From Octopus vulgaris (lineage: Eukaryota): a stretch of 64,000 nt of DNA. The notes under the pieces were generated by a model. It was not told where the DNA came from. It worked only from the letters and a program-made list of their open reading frames with translations, and did not search any database. Position numbers and translations under genes: made by a program. Positions 1-12,231 of this stretch are shown here, piece by piece; the stretch's first letter is position 1; every line of letters begins with the position of its first letter. The stretch is taken from NCBI GenBank assembly GCA_951406725.2, contig OX597820.1, positions 29,760,001 to 29,824,000 on the forward strand. Reading direction: 5' to 3'.

Positions 1-348
1 ACTGAATATACCTATAGTTTTTTTAATAGACAGCAGCGTATTCCTAATGAACAGAAAGGATGTAAACGTGGATCCTACGGCTGTAAAGATCAGCTACTCA
101 TCAATAAGATGATCTTAGAAGATTGTCACAAACGACACAAAAACTTGTCAATAGCCTGGTTAGACTATAAAAAGGCTTTTGATAGCCTAACACATAGCTG
201 GATTAAGAAATGCCTGGAAATGTATAAAATAGCGCCTACTCTGCGAAATTTTTTGTCTGTAAGTATGAGATCATGGAGAACCACACTAACTTTGAACAGT
301 GACGATGAATCTCTAAATGCTGGTGATGTAAAAATTAAGTATCAGTGA
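1..348 (+). mobile_element. Non-LTR retrotransposon reverse-transcriptase fragment (R4/Dong-like), truncated
   Basis: Frame 1 is open from base 1 and reads [28 protein letters not shown]...[17 protein letters not shown], matching RT motifs (EQKG, DQL, DxKKAFDS) of restriction-like-endonuclease LINEs. It ends abruptly at a SINE tail. Confidence 0.85.
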
Positions 349-442
349 GAAACTTGTTTCGATGTGATCGACTAATCCCCTCTCTCAAAATTTCAGGCCT
401 TGCGCCTATAGTAGAAATGATTATATAGCATACTCTTTCCTT

Positions 443-582
443 CCAGTTCTATATTTAAGAGACGAGGAATTATTTACATTATTTACATTTGACGGATATT
501 TATCCCACGGGCATATGGCGTGGTGGTTAAGAGCGCGAGCTATTAACCCCAAGATTCCGAATTCGATTCCAGGCAGTGACCA

Positions 583-614
<32 letters not shown>

Positions 615-745
615 GCAGCATCCAAAAATATCTTAGAGAATCCGGTTCGAAATTTTCCCAAGACACCTGATGAAGGGTGGAGGGTATATCAGCCGAAACG
701 TTGTGTTAACACGATGAGGACAAATATCCGTCAAATGTAAATAAT
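443..745 (+). mobile_element. tRNA-headed SINE with hammerhead-containing Penelope-like tail and 5' inverted tail copy
   Basis: 13-bp TSD ATACTCTTTCCTT (430-442 / 746-758); A box TGGCGTGGTGG 516-526; B-box-like ATTCGATTCC 561-570; CTGATGA 667-673 ... GAAACGTT 695-702; inverted repeat 478-501 / 722-745. Confidence 0.75.
663..706 (+). ncRNA. Minimal type I hammerhead-like motif
   Basis: ACAC-CTGATGA-A-GGGTG..CAGCC-GAA-ACGT-T-GTGT. Stem I is ACAC/GTGT, stem III is the palindrome ACGT, stem II has one mismatch, and the cleavage triplet is GUU (suboptimal). Confidence 0.55.
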
Positions 746-905
746 ATACTCTTTCCTTGTTTAACAGGATGTTATTTAAAACAGCTGTGGCCTGCTATTT
801 TTAGCATGCTGAGTGAACAACTTCTTAGTTGTCGCAGATTTAGTCGTTGTTGTTGTTGTTGCGCAATCGCAGGTCAGTCGTAATAGATGTATGATTTTTG
901 GGCGA

Positions 906-1362
906 AGGCGCAGGAGTGACTGTGTGGTAAGTAGCTTGCTTACCAACCACATGGTGCCGGGTTCAGGCACACTGCGTGGCACCTTGGGCAAGTGTCTTCT
1001 ACTATAGCCTCGGGCTGACCAAAGCCTTGTGAGTGGATTTGGTAGACGGAAACTGAAAGAAAACAGTCGTATATACATACACACACACACACACACACAT
1101 ATATGTATGTATGTATGTATGTATGTGTGTGCGTGTGTATCTTTGTGTGTCTGTGTTTGTCCCCCCCCAACATCGCTTGACAACCGATGCTGGTGTGTTT
1201 ACGTCCCCGTAACTTAGCGGTTCGGCAAAAGAGACCGATAGAATAAGTACTAGGCTTACAAAAAATAAGTCCTGGGGTCGATTTGCGATTTGGTCGACTA
1301 TAAGCGGTGCTCCAGCATGGTCACAATCAAATGACCGAAACATGCAAAAGAGTAAAAGAATA
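906..1362 (+). mobile_element. tRNA-derived SINE family A (CORE-like box, internal microsatellite), full length
   Basis: Head GGCGCAGGAGTGxCTGTGTGGTAAG..GGTTCAG, CORE-like CCTTGGGCAAGTGTCTT, internal (CA)/(TATG)/(TG) tract, tail ending (TAAAAGAG)n. Many related copies in the window. Confidence 0.85.
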
Positions 1363-1832
1363 AAGGCGTTCCAGGCACGATTATTCCGTCTAATGATTTA
1401 CATATCCATAATTATATGGCTCATTTTGTGCTTTTTAGTTTTAATTTTAGAAGGTGGTTTGAGAGAATTCAGCTGCTATTTCTAGAAGATCGCACAACCA
1501 TGTAAGAGGCTCCGACTATATATCTCTTGGCTACCCAGGCGGAGCGCTCTTTTCTTGACCTTTCTTGCAAGCTGAAATGAGCTCCAATTACAGGCTAGAC
1601 TTGAAGCCATTGTTGGTAAATAGGAAAACAATGGTTTTTCATAGTTTGATTTTTATATGTCGCCAAGAAATATCTTGAACTTCTTATTAATTAAAATGAA
1701 TAAATAAATAAATAAATAAATAAATAAAAATAAAAGTCAATCTCAGCTAGTTGAACTCATAATCAGATAATTCAAATAGCTTTGTGTGTGTGTGTGTATG
1801 TGCGTGTGTATACATTGTGTATGTGTGTGTAT

Positions 1833-1877
<45 letters not shown>

Positions 1878-2304
1878 TGTGTGTGTAACTAGTGCATGGG
1901 CTTTTTTTTTTTTAGTTAGTCTGACTGACGACAAGTTGAGTAAAAAAAGGCGGAGAAGTTTCGCTTTTTTCCGGATTCTGACGGTGAAGCCAAATTAATT
2001 TTAGATCTAACGATGGAAATGAAACGGTAAGTAGAGAGTGGATATATTAAGCATCTTTTTAGAAGCAGAATCACAGAGTTTAATTTCTTAGAGACACCAT
2101 CTGCACGAAAAATAATTTCTAAGTTAACATCAGGTGCAGGATTGGCTGTGTGGTAAGAAATTTGCTTCCCAGCCATATGGTTCGGGTTTCAGTTCTACTA
2201 GGTGGCGTTTTAGACAAGCGTCTTCTACCATAGCACCGAGCCGACCCAAGCCTTTTGAGGGCATTTGACAGAGGGAAACTGAAAGAATCATGTTACATAC
2301 ATAC

Positions 2305-2511
2305 ATTCTTTTATTCTTTTACTTGTTTCAGTTATTTGACTGCAGCCATGCTGGAGCACCACCTTAGTCGAAACAAACTGACCCAGGTCTTTATTTTTTA
2401 AAGCCTAGTACTTATTCTATCGATTCTTTTGCCGAACCGCTAAATTACGGGGACATAAGCACACCAACGCCTGTTGTTGAGTGGTGATGTTGGGGACAAA
2501 CACAGCCGCAA

Positions 2512-2579
<68 letters not shown>

Positions 2580-2729
2580 CTTTATTCAAAGCAGCAGAAA
2601 ATTCAACAAAACCTGTTACTCTGAGTTTCCCGTTGCCGTTCGTCGGACAGTTTTATACATATATATAATTTACAAAATGAGGGCAGAAGAAAAATTCTAA
2701 TGCCGAATATATATATGTATGTATGTATG

Positions 2730-2765
<36 letters not shown>

Positions 2766-3143
2766 AGTGTGTGTGTGTGTGTGTGTGTGTATGTATTTGA
2801 ACACTATGCAAATATTCTTTTAAAAAACTTTTCTTTTAATTTTTCCAAAATTTAATTGTTTTCCATACTTACAGTTGAAAAAGTCTCAATGACTGAAACC
2901 AGTACTGAAATGTTTTTTATAATATTATTTTAGCATTTTCTATCTTGACTTTTTTTCCCATATATATATATATATATATATATACGACGGGTTTCTTTCA
3001 GTTTCTGTCTTCAAATCCATTCACAAGGCTTTGCTCGGCCCGAGGTTTATAGCAGAAGACACTTGGCCAAGGTGCCCCGCAGTGGGACTGAACCTGCAGC
3101 CAAGTGGATGGGAAGAAAGCTTCTTAATCACACAGCCACGCCA
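2305..3143 (-). mobile_element. SINE family A copy with Penelope-like fragments nested in its internal microsatellite
   Basis: Tail ~2305-2500 and head ~2985-3143 match 906-1362 in reverse. Unrelated inserts at ~2580-2700 and ~2790-2960 carry HHR-like motifs. Confidence 0.75.
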
Positions 3144-3144
3144 A

Positions 3145-3189
<45 letters not shown>

Positions 3190-3709
3190 CATGTCTTTAT
3201 GTTCGTTCTTGTTCTCACCCCCGCTTGACAATCGGTATTGAGTTGTTTACGTCTCCGTAATTTAGCGGTTCGGCAAAAGGAAACCGATAGAATACGTACA
3301 AGGCTTAAAAATAAGTACTGGAGTCCTTTTGTTCGACTCTAGCCCTTCAAGGCTGTGGCCCAGCATGGCTGCAGTCTGTTTGAATTAAGCAAACGAATAA
3401 AACGAGTAAAAGAATTTACCATATTTTTGAATGAATAGGATAAATCTAACTATACGAAACATGCGCCATAGGACCGCAGTCTCTTGCAAACGTTTTTTTT
3501 CTTCTTGTGTGTGTGTTTTAATCGTGACCACACTGTTCCCGGATCTATCTCGTGTTGCTTGTAATTAATATACTAACTTGAAACTCTATTATACTAAGTC
3601 TGTACATGACAAACACGTAAAAATATACAAGTCGAAAATAGAATACCGCTCGTAATTTTGTAATTTTATCCGTCACATCTATCTTGGAAAACACAATAAA
3701 CAGAGTATC

Positions 3710-3760
<51 letters not shown>

Positions 3761-4227
3761 AGAGGAGAGAGAATGTGTGTGTGTGTGTGTGTGCAGTTTA
3801 GTGTTATAAAATAAAAGTGAAATAAATTGCACCAGAAGTGACGATAGCGGAATCCCATAATTTCAGAAGTACAGGCACCTAGTTATACAGTATTGTAGAG
3901 AGACCTAAAATCGAAACCTAACATTTTCAGTTACCGATGTAAAACCACATTCAGATCAGGTGACGTGTTCTTGTTATCAATCCGTTGGCTAACAGAAATA
4001 TCACGCCATTCAATAGAATTTTGTACGAGTTTCTAGAAACTCGTAGTATTAAAGCGAAAACCCGCCAAGATCAAACTAGGGCGCGATTCTTGGAAGCATA
4101 AGTCTCTGAACCTATTTTGCTACGTATGGTCATACAGATATGATGTAAATAGAGCAACTCTCGTTCGGCATTGTCACCCGAGTTTCTTCTTGGCGAGCAT
4201 CCATCGATTGTCTATAGCCTGTGTATG

Positions 4228-4511
4228 GTTGTCTGAATGTTAAAGTCCCACAACATCTTGTATTTCTTACTTTCTAGTACTTTACTAGGTTCATGTTCAT
4301 ACTATTTATCAATATGTTTGAATCCTAGCTTTTTACATGGCTCCTAGTGGATAACTCTCCCTAGGTTGTCATGTCTCGTATTCTTTTTGTACCGGAGTAT
4401 TCGAGCGGTTCCAAGCAGTGCTGTTTTCTACAAGTGCTCCACCCTTATTGCAGCCCCTATTTGTTCTATTACTTCTCAAGATTTTTGTTCCCTGTTCCCA
4501 GGGCTCCGACA

Positions 4512-4514
<3 letters not shown>
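4228..4514 (-). mobile_element. R4/Dong LINE C-terminal fragments abutting (TAA)n
   Basis: Minus strand reads VGALGT..NLEK..EQIG..VEHL.KTALLGTARILR, then RHDNLGRVIH*..CKKLGF..YEHEPSKVLE..KYKMLWDFNIQT, with stops and frameshifts. Confidence 0.75.
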
Positions 4515-4571
<57 letters not shown>

Positions 4572-4604
4572 CATCATCATAGTAGGCCCTCGAATCTGAA
4601 AAGG

Positions 4605-4880
4605 AGTATTCTGCAATTTCTTGTTGAACAACCAGCACAGATTATTTGTTTATAGTGATCAAATGTTTGTGTTGCAAATAACTTCAATCCCTCCATCAAA
4701 TCGACGTTGCCCGAACAAGTGCAGGGTGAACTACACATCAGGTGTCAAAGTGACCTTAGATCAACGTAAGGTGAAAGGTCTTGCACAGGAACACAACGCA
4801 CTGCCCGGACCGAGAATCGACCCCCCACGATCTCGTGATGGTGAGTACAACATTCTAAATAGTAGGCCACACGTCCTCAT
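4605..4880 (-). mobile_element. Degenerate tRNA-derived SINE (related head to 13041 and 60417 copies)
   Basis: Reverse complement reads GAGGACGTGTGGCCTA..GTCGATTCTCGG..GCGTTGTGTTCCTGTGCAAGAC. Confidence 0.5.
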
Positions 4881-5387
4881 ATATGAGTGTGTATTAATGT
4901 ATTAATAACTACGTCGCTTCTTACAATATATTTGCAAAACCGCGCAAAATCTATTTTGAACAATTAGCCATTTTTTTTTTTAAAGTCTGAAGATTCATCG
5001 CCTGTATTTCGATGCTAGGCAACGTAACAACATGTTTGCGAATGGCAAAAGTAATGACTGGATTATTAGTACAAGTATGGAAGCTAATACTGCAACGAAC
5101 ACACACACACAGACACGCACATATATGTCTTTATACAGTTATCAACTATGGAACGTTCACGTGGGAAATTGACGGCTGCGATTAGTGTAAGTGCAATTAC
5201 CATTGTTCGGACATGAAACTTGAGTTGTATTCTCTTCTTTGATGACTGTATAAGACCACTTCAAATACTTTTGCGAAATGAGTGGCTTTTAATTGTTGAA
5301 TTTTAATTTTTTTAACCATAAGCAAATACGTTATATATACATATATACGCATATACATATACATACATACAATCATACATACATACA

Positions 5388-5493
<106 letters not shown>

Positions 5494-6000
5494 TATATAT
5501 ACAGAGATAGAGAAAGAGATTAATAGATGTTTATTTTTATGTGAAGTTAAAATAAAATAATTTTATATTAAACTGCAGGATTACTCAACACTTTTTGAAA
5601 ATATATATATATATATATATAATTCCAAGAAAGTTAGAGGTTGTGAATCCAACCAACTAAGGGATAATATCTATCCAATATACTGCTGGTAGAATACCCA
5701 AATATTAATACACAAGTGTTTTATTGCATTGCAATTACATTACCGAGTGTAGTGTATTTATATTTATAACTTTCTAAAATCCCTGGCGAAGCCTAGAGAA
5801 ACACCCAAGTACCTCAATTTCATCTACTAATTACTTCAGTCTACTGGAGGGATAAAGGTCGAATGAGGTATTTTTGCTTCTTGGCTGAAACAGCTCTAAG
5901 ATATTTTCCCAAAGAGACATAATATTATGACTAAAAGTTGATGAATACCAACTTTTGATCCCCTCCATTTTCTTATTGCTCTCTCTCTCTCTCTCTCTCT

Positions 6001-6070
<70 letters not shown>

Positions 6071-6094
6071 ATATATACATACATACATACATAC

Positions 6095-6165
<71 letters not shown>

Positions 6166-6911
6166 ATATAATATGAATGCATCCCGGCGTTGCCCGGGTG
6201 TTATGACCTACAGCAACATTGTATTATTTGTTCCTTTCTTATGGGCAAAATCGGCACGCAAGGAGTATGAAGTATATAACTCCTCTTTATAAACATGTTC
6301 TTCGGTCATTTTGTGATGAACAAAGCTGCAGTTTCCGTTTACCAAATTCAGTCACAAGTCTGTGGCTGGTCTAGGGCTATAATAGAAGGCACGTGCCCAA
6401 GTTACCATGCAGAGGGACTGAACGTGGAACCATGTGGTTAGAAAACAAGCTTCTCAACCACACAGTCATTGTGAAACCTAATAAGTGCGTGTGTCCCACT
6501 ATTTCTCAAAGTTCATCAAACAGAGATCTATAAAATAAATGCCAGATTGAAATGCGTACCGAGGCCAGTATGGTCAATTAAATTTTCGAAGATGATACCT
6601 CATCAGGGTGACAGTCGAAAGACTAAACCCAGTAAAATAAGGCTTAAAAATGTAATGGCTTCATATTTAAGGTAATGGATTACTAACCTCAAGATAATGA
6701 GTTCAAAATTTTGCATTGAACTTCCACTCTATACGATAACACTATATGTATGAGTTAGAGATTAATAAAACATCTAAGGCATATTAAACATCCAATATTC
6801 TACTTGGTGTACACCTACGTATTTTTAACCAAGTGCTTACTATTGCATGGCAGTATTGCAATTGAATACAAGGTATGGATGGGGTTACATTGGAAGTTTA
6901 CCCAGGATTTA

Positions 6912-8029
6912 TAAGGCAAATAAGAAAATGGGGAGGATATAAAATCGACAAACAGCAGACAGTGAACATTCCATTATATTTATTTATTAATTGATAACAA
7001 TGATAACCTAATTGGCCAATTAGGTTGTAGGATTGACTTTGACATCACCCCACTACGCATAGGGGTATTGTGATTAGTTTTCGACCAATAAGTAACAAAT
7101 ATTAACACCGCACTAAGGTTTTACCCAGTTTTTCTTTCATTAATGTACTTATGTATTAATTTCCCCCTATCAGGTTCAATTTAAGTTATTTCGGTCAACT
7201 CCTTTAATATTGCTATATCTATCTGAGTTCAAATTCCGCCGAGGTCGACTTTGCCTTTCATCCTTTCGGGGTCGATTAAATAAGTATCAGTAAATCACTG
7301 GGGTCGATATAATCGACCTTAATCCCCTTGTCTGTCCTTGTTTGTCCACTCTATGTTTAGCCCCTTGTGGGCAATAAAGAAATATATATCTATTAAATAG
7401 CGTTTAGCCTCTAACTTCTGACTCCTGTAGCATGGACCATACCATTAAACCCACCACATAGCATACTACCTTTACTATTTCCCTCCATGTAAACCGCAGC
7501 CTACGGATATATCTCCCGAGAGTGACTTTATTTACTTACCACAAGATGGAATACCATGGATTTTAATAACACCTTGAAATGAAGTTCTTACTTTTCCTTA
7601 CCATGTCTATTACATTACATTATTTTTTATTTTCTACCTCTTTTACTCTATCTTATCTTATTTACCCTATTCTATTATTCTAACTGAATTTCCCACATGT
7701 TAGTTTCCTAACATTTGTGCTCTCTGAAGAAGCCTTGAGGCTCAACCATTACCCAATCTCTGTCCAATGCTTGTTCATCCCTGTATATCATCGACTTGGA
7801 AGATTCTGAGGCCTCATGGTAGAAACGGCCGTAAGTGATTTGTATCTGTACACTCATCTATTATTCTTCATTCATCTCTATACATGTATCTGTTTACGTA
7901 TTTATTGGCCGATCTCATTCGTTTACTTGTACCACTTAAACACATGTGTTATCATTTAATAAATAGATATAATGGAATGTTTACTGGCTGACGTTTGTCG
8001 ATTTTACATCCTCTCCATTTTCTTATTTG

Positions 8030-8031
<2 letters not shown>
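6912..8031 (+). mobile_element. Penelope-like element remnant with terminal inverted repeats and HHR-like motif; SINE B nested
   Basis: ~75-bp inverted arms at ~6914-6988 and ~7958-8031; CTGAAGA (~7724) ... long stem II ... GAAACGGCCGTA (~7822-7833). Confidence 0.6.
7223..7384 (+). mobile_element. 5'-truncated SINE family B copy with 9-bp TSD
   Basis: TSD TATATCTAT at 7214-7222 / 7385-7393; body GAGGTCGACTTTGCCTTTCATCCTTTCGGGGTCGAT; tail ...GGGCAATAAAGAAATA. Confidence 0.85.
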
Positions 8032-8079
<48 letters not shown>

Positions 8080-8089
8080 TAAATTAATA

Positions 8090-8455
8090 ATTATATATAT
8101 ATAGTTATATTAAAGGGGATCAGGATAAAAAAAACAACCTTCTCCAATATACTGAAAATAGACGCCAAAGGCTCTGAAAGGCTACCTTAAGACTAAACAA
8201 CTCAGGTTGTTAGCGGGCAAATGAAAAATACTAAATAAAATAAGGGAAATAAGCTTTTTTATTGCTTTTATCCCGAAATTGGACCCAACACACAATTAAC
8301 TGTGAAGTTTATTTAGTGATTTTTATTTGCTCACTTTCAACTTATGTTTTTTTGAATAGTTATACGGTTGTTTTTAGCGCCTTTGACGTCTATTTTCAGC
8401 TTGCTGGAAAAGGTTTTTTATCCTGATCCCTTTAATATAATTATATATATAATTA
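8090..8455. mobile_element. Fold-back element in (TA)n, probably a Penelope-like pLTR inversion
   Basis: ~85-bp imperfect inverted arms at ~8093-8175 and ~8378-8452 (TATTAAAGGGGATCAGGATAAAAA..CTGAAAATAGACG). Confidence 0.55.
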
Positions 8456-8624
8456 GTAATTTAGTATATAAATTACCTAAAAGGACTTGATTAATGCTGA
8501 CCACTTGATATAATCATTAATGTGATTTTGTCCTCAATTCTACCAAGAATAATTAATAATGATAATGATAATGATAATATATATATTATCATTATTATTA
8601 TGATAATATGCCATATATATATAT

Positions 8625-9122
8625 GACCGCGGCCATGCTGGAGCACCGCCTTTAGTCGAGCAAATCGACCCCAGGATTTATTCTTTGTAAGCCTAGTACT
8701 TATTCTATCGGTATCTTTTGCCGAACCGCTAAGTTACGGGGACGTAAACACACTACCATCGGTTGCCAAGCGATGTTGGGGGGACAAACACAGACACACT
8801 AACATATACGCACATACATTTATATATATATATATATTGGCCTGCTCGCTTAGCCAGCGGGGTGGCATCATTTGAAGGCTAAAACAATGCGAAGCGCATT
8901 GTGACCACCGATGTGTAGCAACATCTGATAGCCTGGTCGGTCACGGTGATCACGGTGATATACATATATACGACGGGCTTCTTTCAGTTTCCGCCTACCA
9001 AATCCACTCATAAGGCTTTGGTCGGCCCGAGGCTATAGTAGAAGACACTTGCCCAAGGTGCCATGAACCCGGAACCATGTGGCTGGTAAGCAAGCTACTT
9101 ACCACACAGCCACTCCTGCGCC

Positions 9123-9123
<1 letters not shown>
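8625..9123 (-). mobile_element. SINE family A copy with ~120-bp insert in its microsatellite
   Basis: Reverse match to 906-1362; unrelated insert at 8838-8960 ending in a repeated TCACGGTGA motif. Confidence 0.8.
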
Positions 9124-9161
<38 letters not shown>

Positions 9162-9361
9162 GCACACACACACACACAAATATTCTATAATTATAAGTAT
9201 AATTATAATTAGGGATCAGCTAATTGCTTCACCACATACCGAATTTAGAAATAGGAGTTAAAAATTCCTTTTCTACTACTGTAAGAATGTCCACGACAGT
9301 AATACACTTTTTACGTAGGCAAAGAGAAGAAAAACAATGAATCAACACGACTTTGATTAGC

Positions 9362-9418
9362 TACAGACGCGTTTCGAGATTAAAGTGTTTTTAATTACTT
9401 ACTTCTCTCTTCAGTGTA
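9362..9418 (-). ncRNA. Minimal type I hammerhead ribozyme motif (Penelope-type)
   Basis: Minus strand: TACA-CTGAAGA-GAGA..TCTC-GAA-ACGCGT-C-TGTA. Core intact, stems I and II pair, stem III is palindromic, cleavage triplet is GUC. Confidence 0.7.
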
Positions 9419-9872
9419 TGTACGTATGTATATATATATATATATATTTGCGTGTATAAGTATGTATGTATGTAATGTATGTATGTATGTATAGGTATAA
9501 ATATACACGCTTATGTATATCTAAATATTTATATTCATATATAGAACCATACGCACACACACATGTATGTGTGTTTTGGCAAGAGTTTTCATATGATATG
9601 GAGTAATAAAAGAAATATTGTTGTATTTTGGAAGAGTCATATTTTCCAATAATTAAGTAAACACAGTGTGCTTGTGTTTAACATTTTAAGCGAAGATAAA
9701 TCTTCGAAAACCGACTCATGCCCACTCACATACACATACACGCATACACACACTCCTACACACATACATGCACACACACACACACACACACAAACTCACA
9801 CACACACATATATATGTATTTACACACATATAACGCATAAATACGTATATGTATGTGTGTGTGTGTGTGTGT

Positions 9873-9920
<48 letters not shown>

Positions 9921-10929
9921 GTGTGTGTGTGTATGTATTTATGTGAACAAATGGCAGAAAGTAGCATTTAACACATTTGATTGAAGTTACATGTATTTAA
10001 CAACAGTCTAACTCAGCTCTACACGAATTAAAGTTTCGTGGGCGTAGGACACGTACACCTCATCAGATGTTGTAAACATCTGATGAGATGGAGTTTATCA
10101 TACATACATACATACATACATACATACATACATACATACATACATACATACATGCATATGCCTCTGTTGTTCTGATTTTCTATCTATTGGTAGATATTTT
10201 GTCTGATTAATGGCGCTCTATATGTGACCGTTTAATCTGTGCTTTTGGTGATATGAACCGTACTCAGGATTACATTTTCTAGTGTCTTTTACCCTTTTTT
10301 TTTACGAACATCCATGTACAACTGAAGGAAATTCGGCTGCTATTTTTGCATGGTTGTGCAATTGCGTGGAAGCTTAATGAATAGTTCCTGAATATAAATT
10401 CATATAGCAGCAGTGGTAAGTAAGCACCGTTATGTAGGTCTATGCTGCTGCTGGCGTCTTTGGCCAGAGCGATTTGGTTTCGATTCTCAGTTGTCACTAT
10501 TTCTCTTTCAACATTCTGATCAAAGACATTCTATTAATGACCATTTTGTCACCATTCTCGATGTGTAAACTAATGCATCCTTCATTCCTAAAACTGTAGG
10601 ATGTAATTTGAAGAGCATCTGGCAGCTATTTCTTGTAGTATTAGTGACCTTATATGAATCATTGTTCAGTTCTGATCGTCTAGATAGGTTTTTAATCAAA
10701 GGCGTTCCAACAGTGATCTATCCCATTTATTATTTTTTTTTATGTTTATTAATACATTATCTAGCGTGTCTTATATCTTTTAAAGACAGTATGGTGTGAT
10801 GTGAGTGAGATTTGGTTGTGATTTCGAGCAGGTCGGAGGACAACATAAAGTCCGACTCTTTTACTCGTAGAATGAATTGTTGCATGTTGTTTTCTGGCCT
10901 TGTGCAAAATTAGAAAGAAGAATTATTCG

Positions 10930-11366
10930 GAGAGCTGGCAGAATAGTTAGCACGGCGGGCAAAATGCTTAGCGGTACTTTGTCCGTCTTCACGTTCTGAG
11001 TTTAAATTCAGCCGTGGTCGGCTTTGTCTTTCATTCTTTCGGGGTTGATGAAAAATGTAGCAGTCAAGTACTGGGGTCTATGTAATCGGCTATCCTCCTC
11101 CCCACAAATTTCAGGTTTTGTTCCTGAAGTAGAAAGGATTATGATTATTAATAAGGCAGCGAGCTGCCAGAATCGTTAGCACACCAAGCGAAACGTTTCG
11201 TGGTATTTCGTCTGTTTTCGTCTGTATTTCATGTTTTGAGTTGAATTTTCGCCAGCCTTTCATCCTTTCGAGGTCAACAAATTAAGTACCAGTTGAACTC
11301 TGGGGTCGGTGTAATCGGCTAGTATTCTCCCCCAAAATTCCTGGCCTTCTGTCAAAATTTGAAACC

Positions 11367-11407
<41 letters not shown>

Positions 11408-11409
11408 TA

Positions 11410-11467
<58 letters not shown>

Positions 11468-11675
11468 GGTGGTAAGCTCGTAGAATCGGTAGCACGTCGG
11501 GCAAAATGCTTAGGGGCATTTCGTTTGACTTTAACTTCTGAGTTCAAATTCCACCGAGGTTGACGTTGGCTTTTATCCTTTCAGGGTCGATAAATTAAGT
11601 AACAGTAAAACACTGGGGTCGATTTAATCGACTCACCCCCTCCAATTGCCGCCCTTGTGGAAAAATTTGAAACCA
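10930..11675 (+). mobile_element. Cluster of three older SINE family B copies separated by (TAA)/(TTA) tracts
   Basis: Repeated GAGCTGGCAGAATCGTTAGCAC..TTCTGAGTTCAAATT..CTTTCATCCTTTCGGGGTCGATAAA..CTGGGGTCGAT. Confidence 0.8.
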
Positions 11676-11700
11676 TTATTATCAATATTATTACTATTAT

Positions 11701-12231
11701 TGAGTGAGAGAGCAGTGCATGCCATCAAAGTGACACTGGGGTAATATATACGAAGCCTAGTATATCCATCATGACTACTCATCTGATAAGGGTACACTAG
11801 GCACATGCATCACAACTGTATGTACGTGGGTGATCTCATATTAAGATAAAAAGCGCATGACCTTGCAGGTGAAGCCCAGTTGGAATTTTCTTGAGGTCGA
11901 GTAGCCTATACCACTCAAAAGGTCTCTGAATAAGGGTTGTTTAAGGATATTGAACGAATCACCCGTTTCCAGAGGTGAATTATCCAAAACCCAAAGAATC
12001 CCTCTCAACACATGGCTATGATGCTCTTCCACTACTTGTGCTCGTGATCAGAGATGCACATATTGTCAGCCATAGTTGAGGTCAAACAACTGACAAGCAA
12101 ATCTATAGTATTGAGCAGAATATTTGCTGTAGCCCATCTTTTACACCAAGACAAAACAATGTACATGAAAATACTTCCAATCAGTTAAGATCAGAAGCCA
12201 CGAGAGCCGCTGCCTGGCACTGTATCAGGGC

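Noticed and set aside
10060-10088. Hairpin CTCATCAGATGTT-GTA-AACATCTGATGAG as a plus-strand hammerhead
   Set aside because: The plus-strand CTGATGA has no downstream stem II/GAAA, and the minus-strand version lacks a pairable stem III. Counted only as a degenerate remnant.
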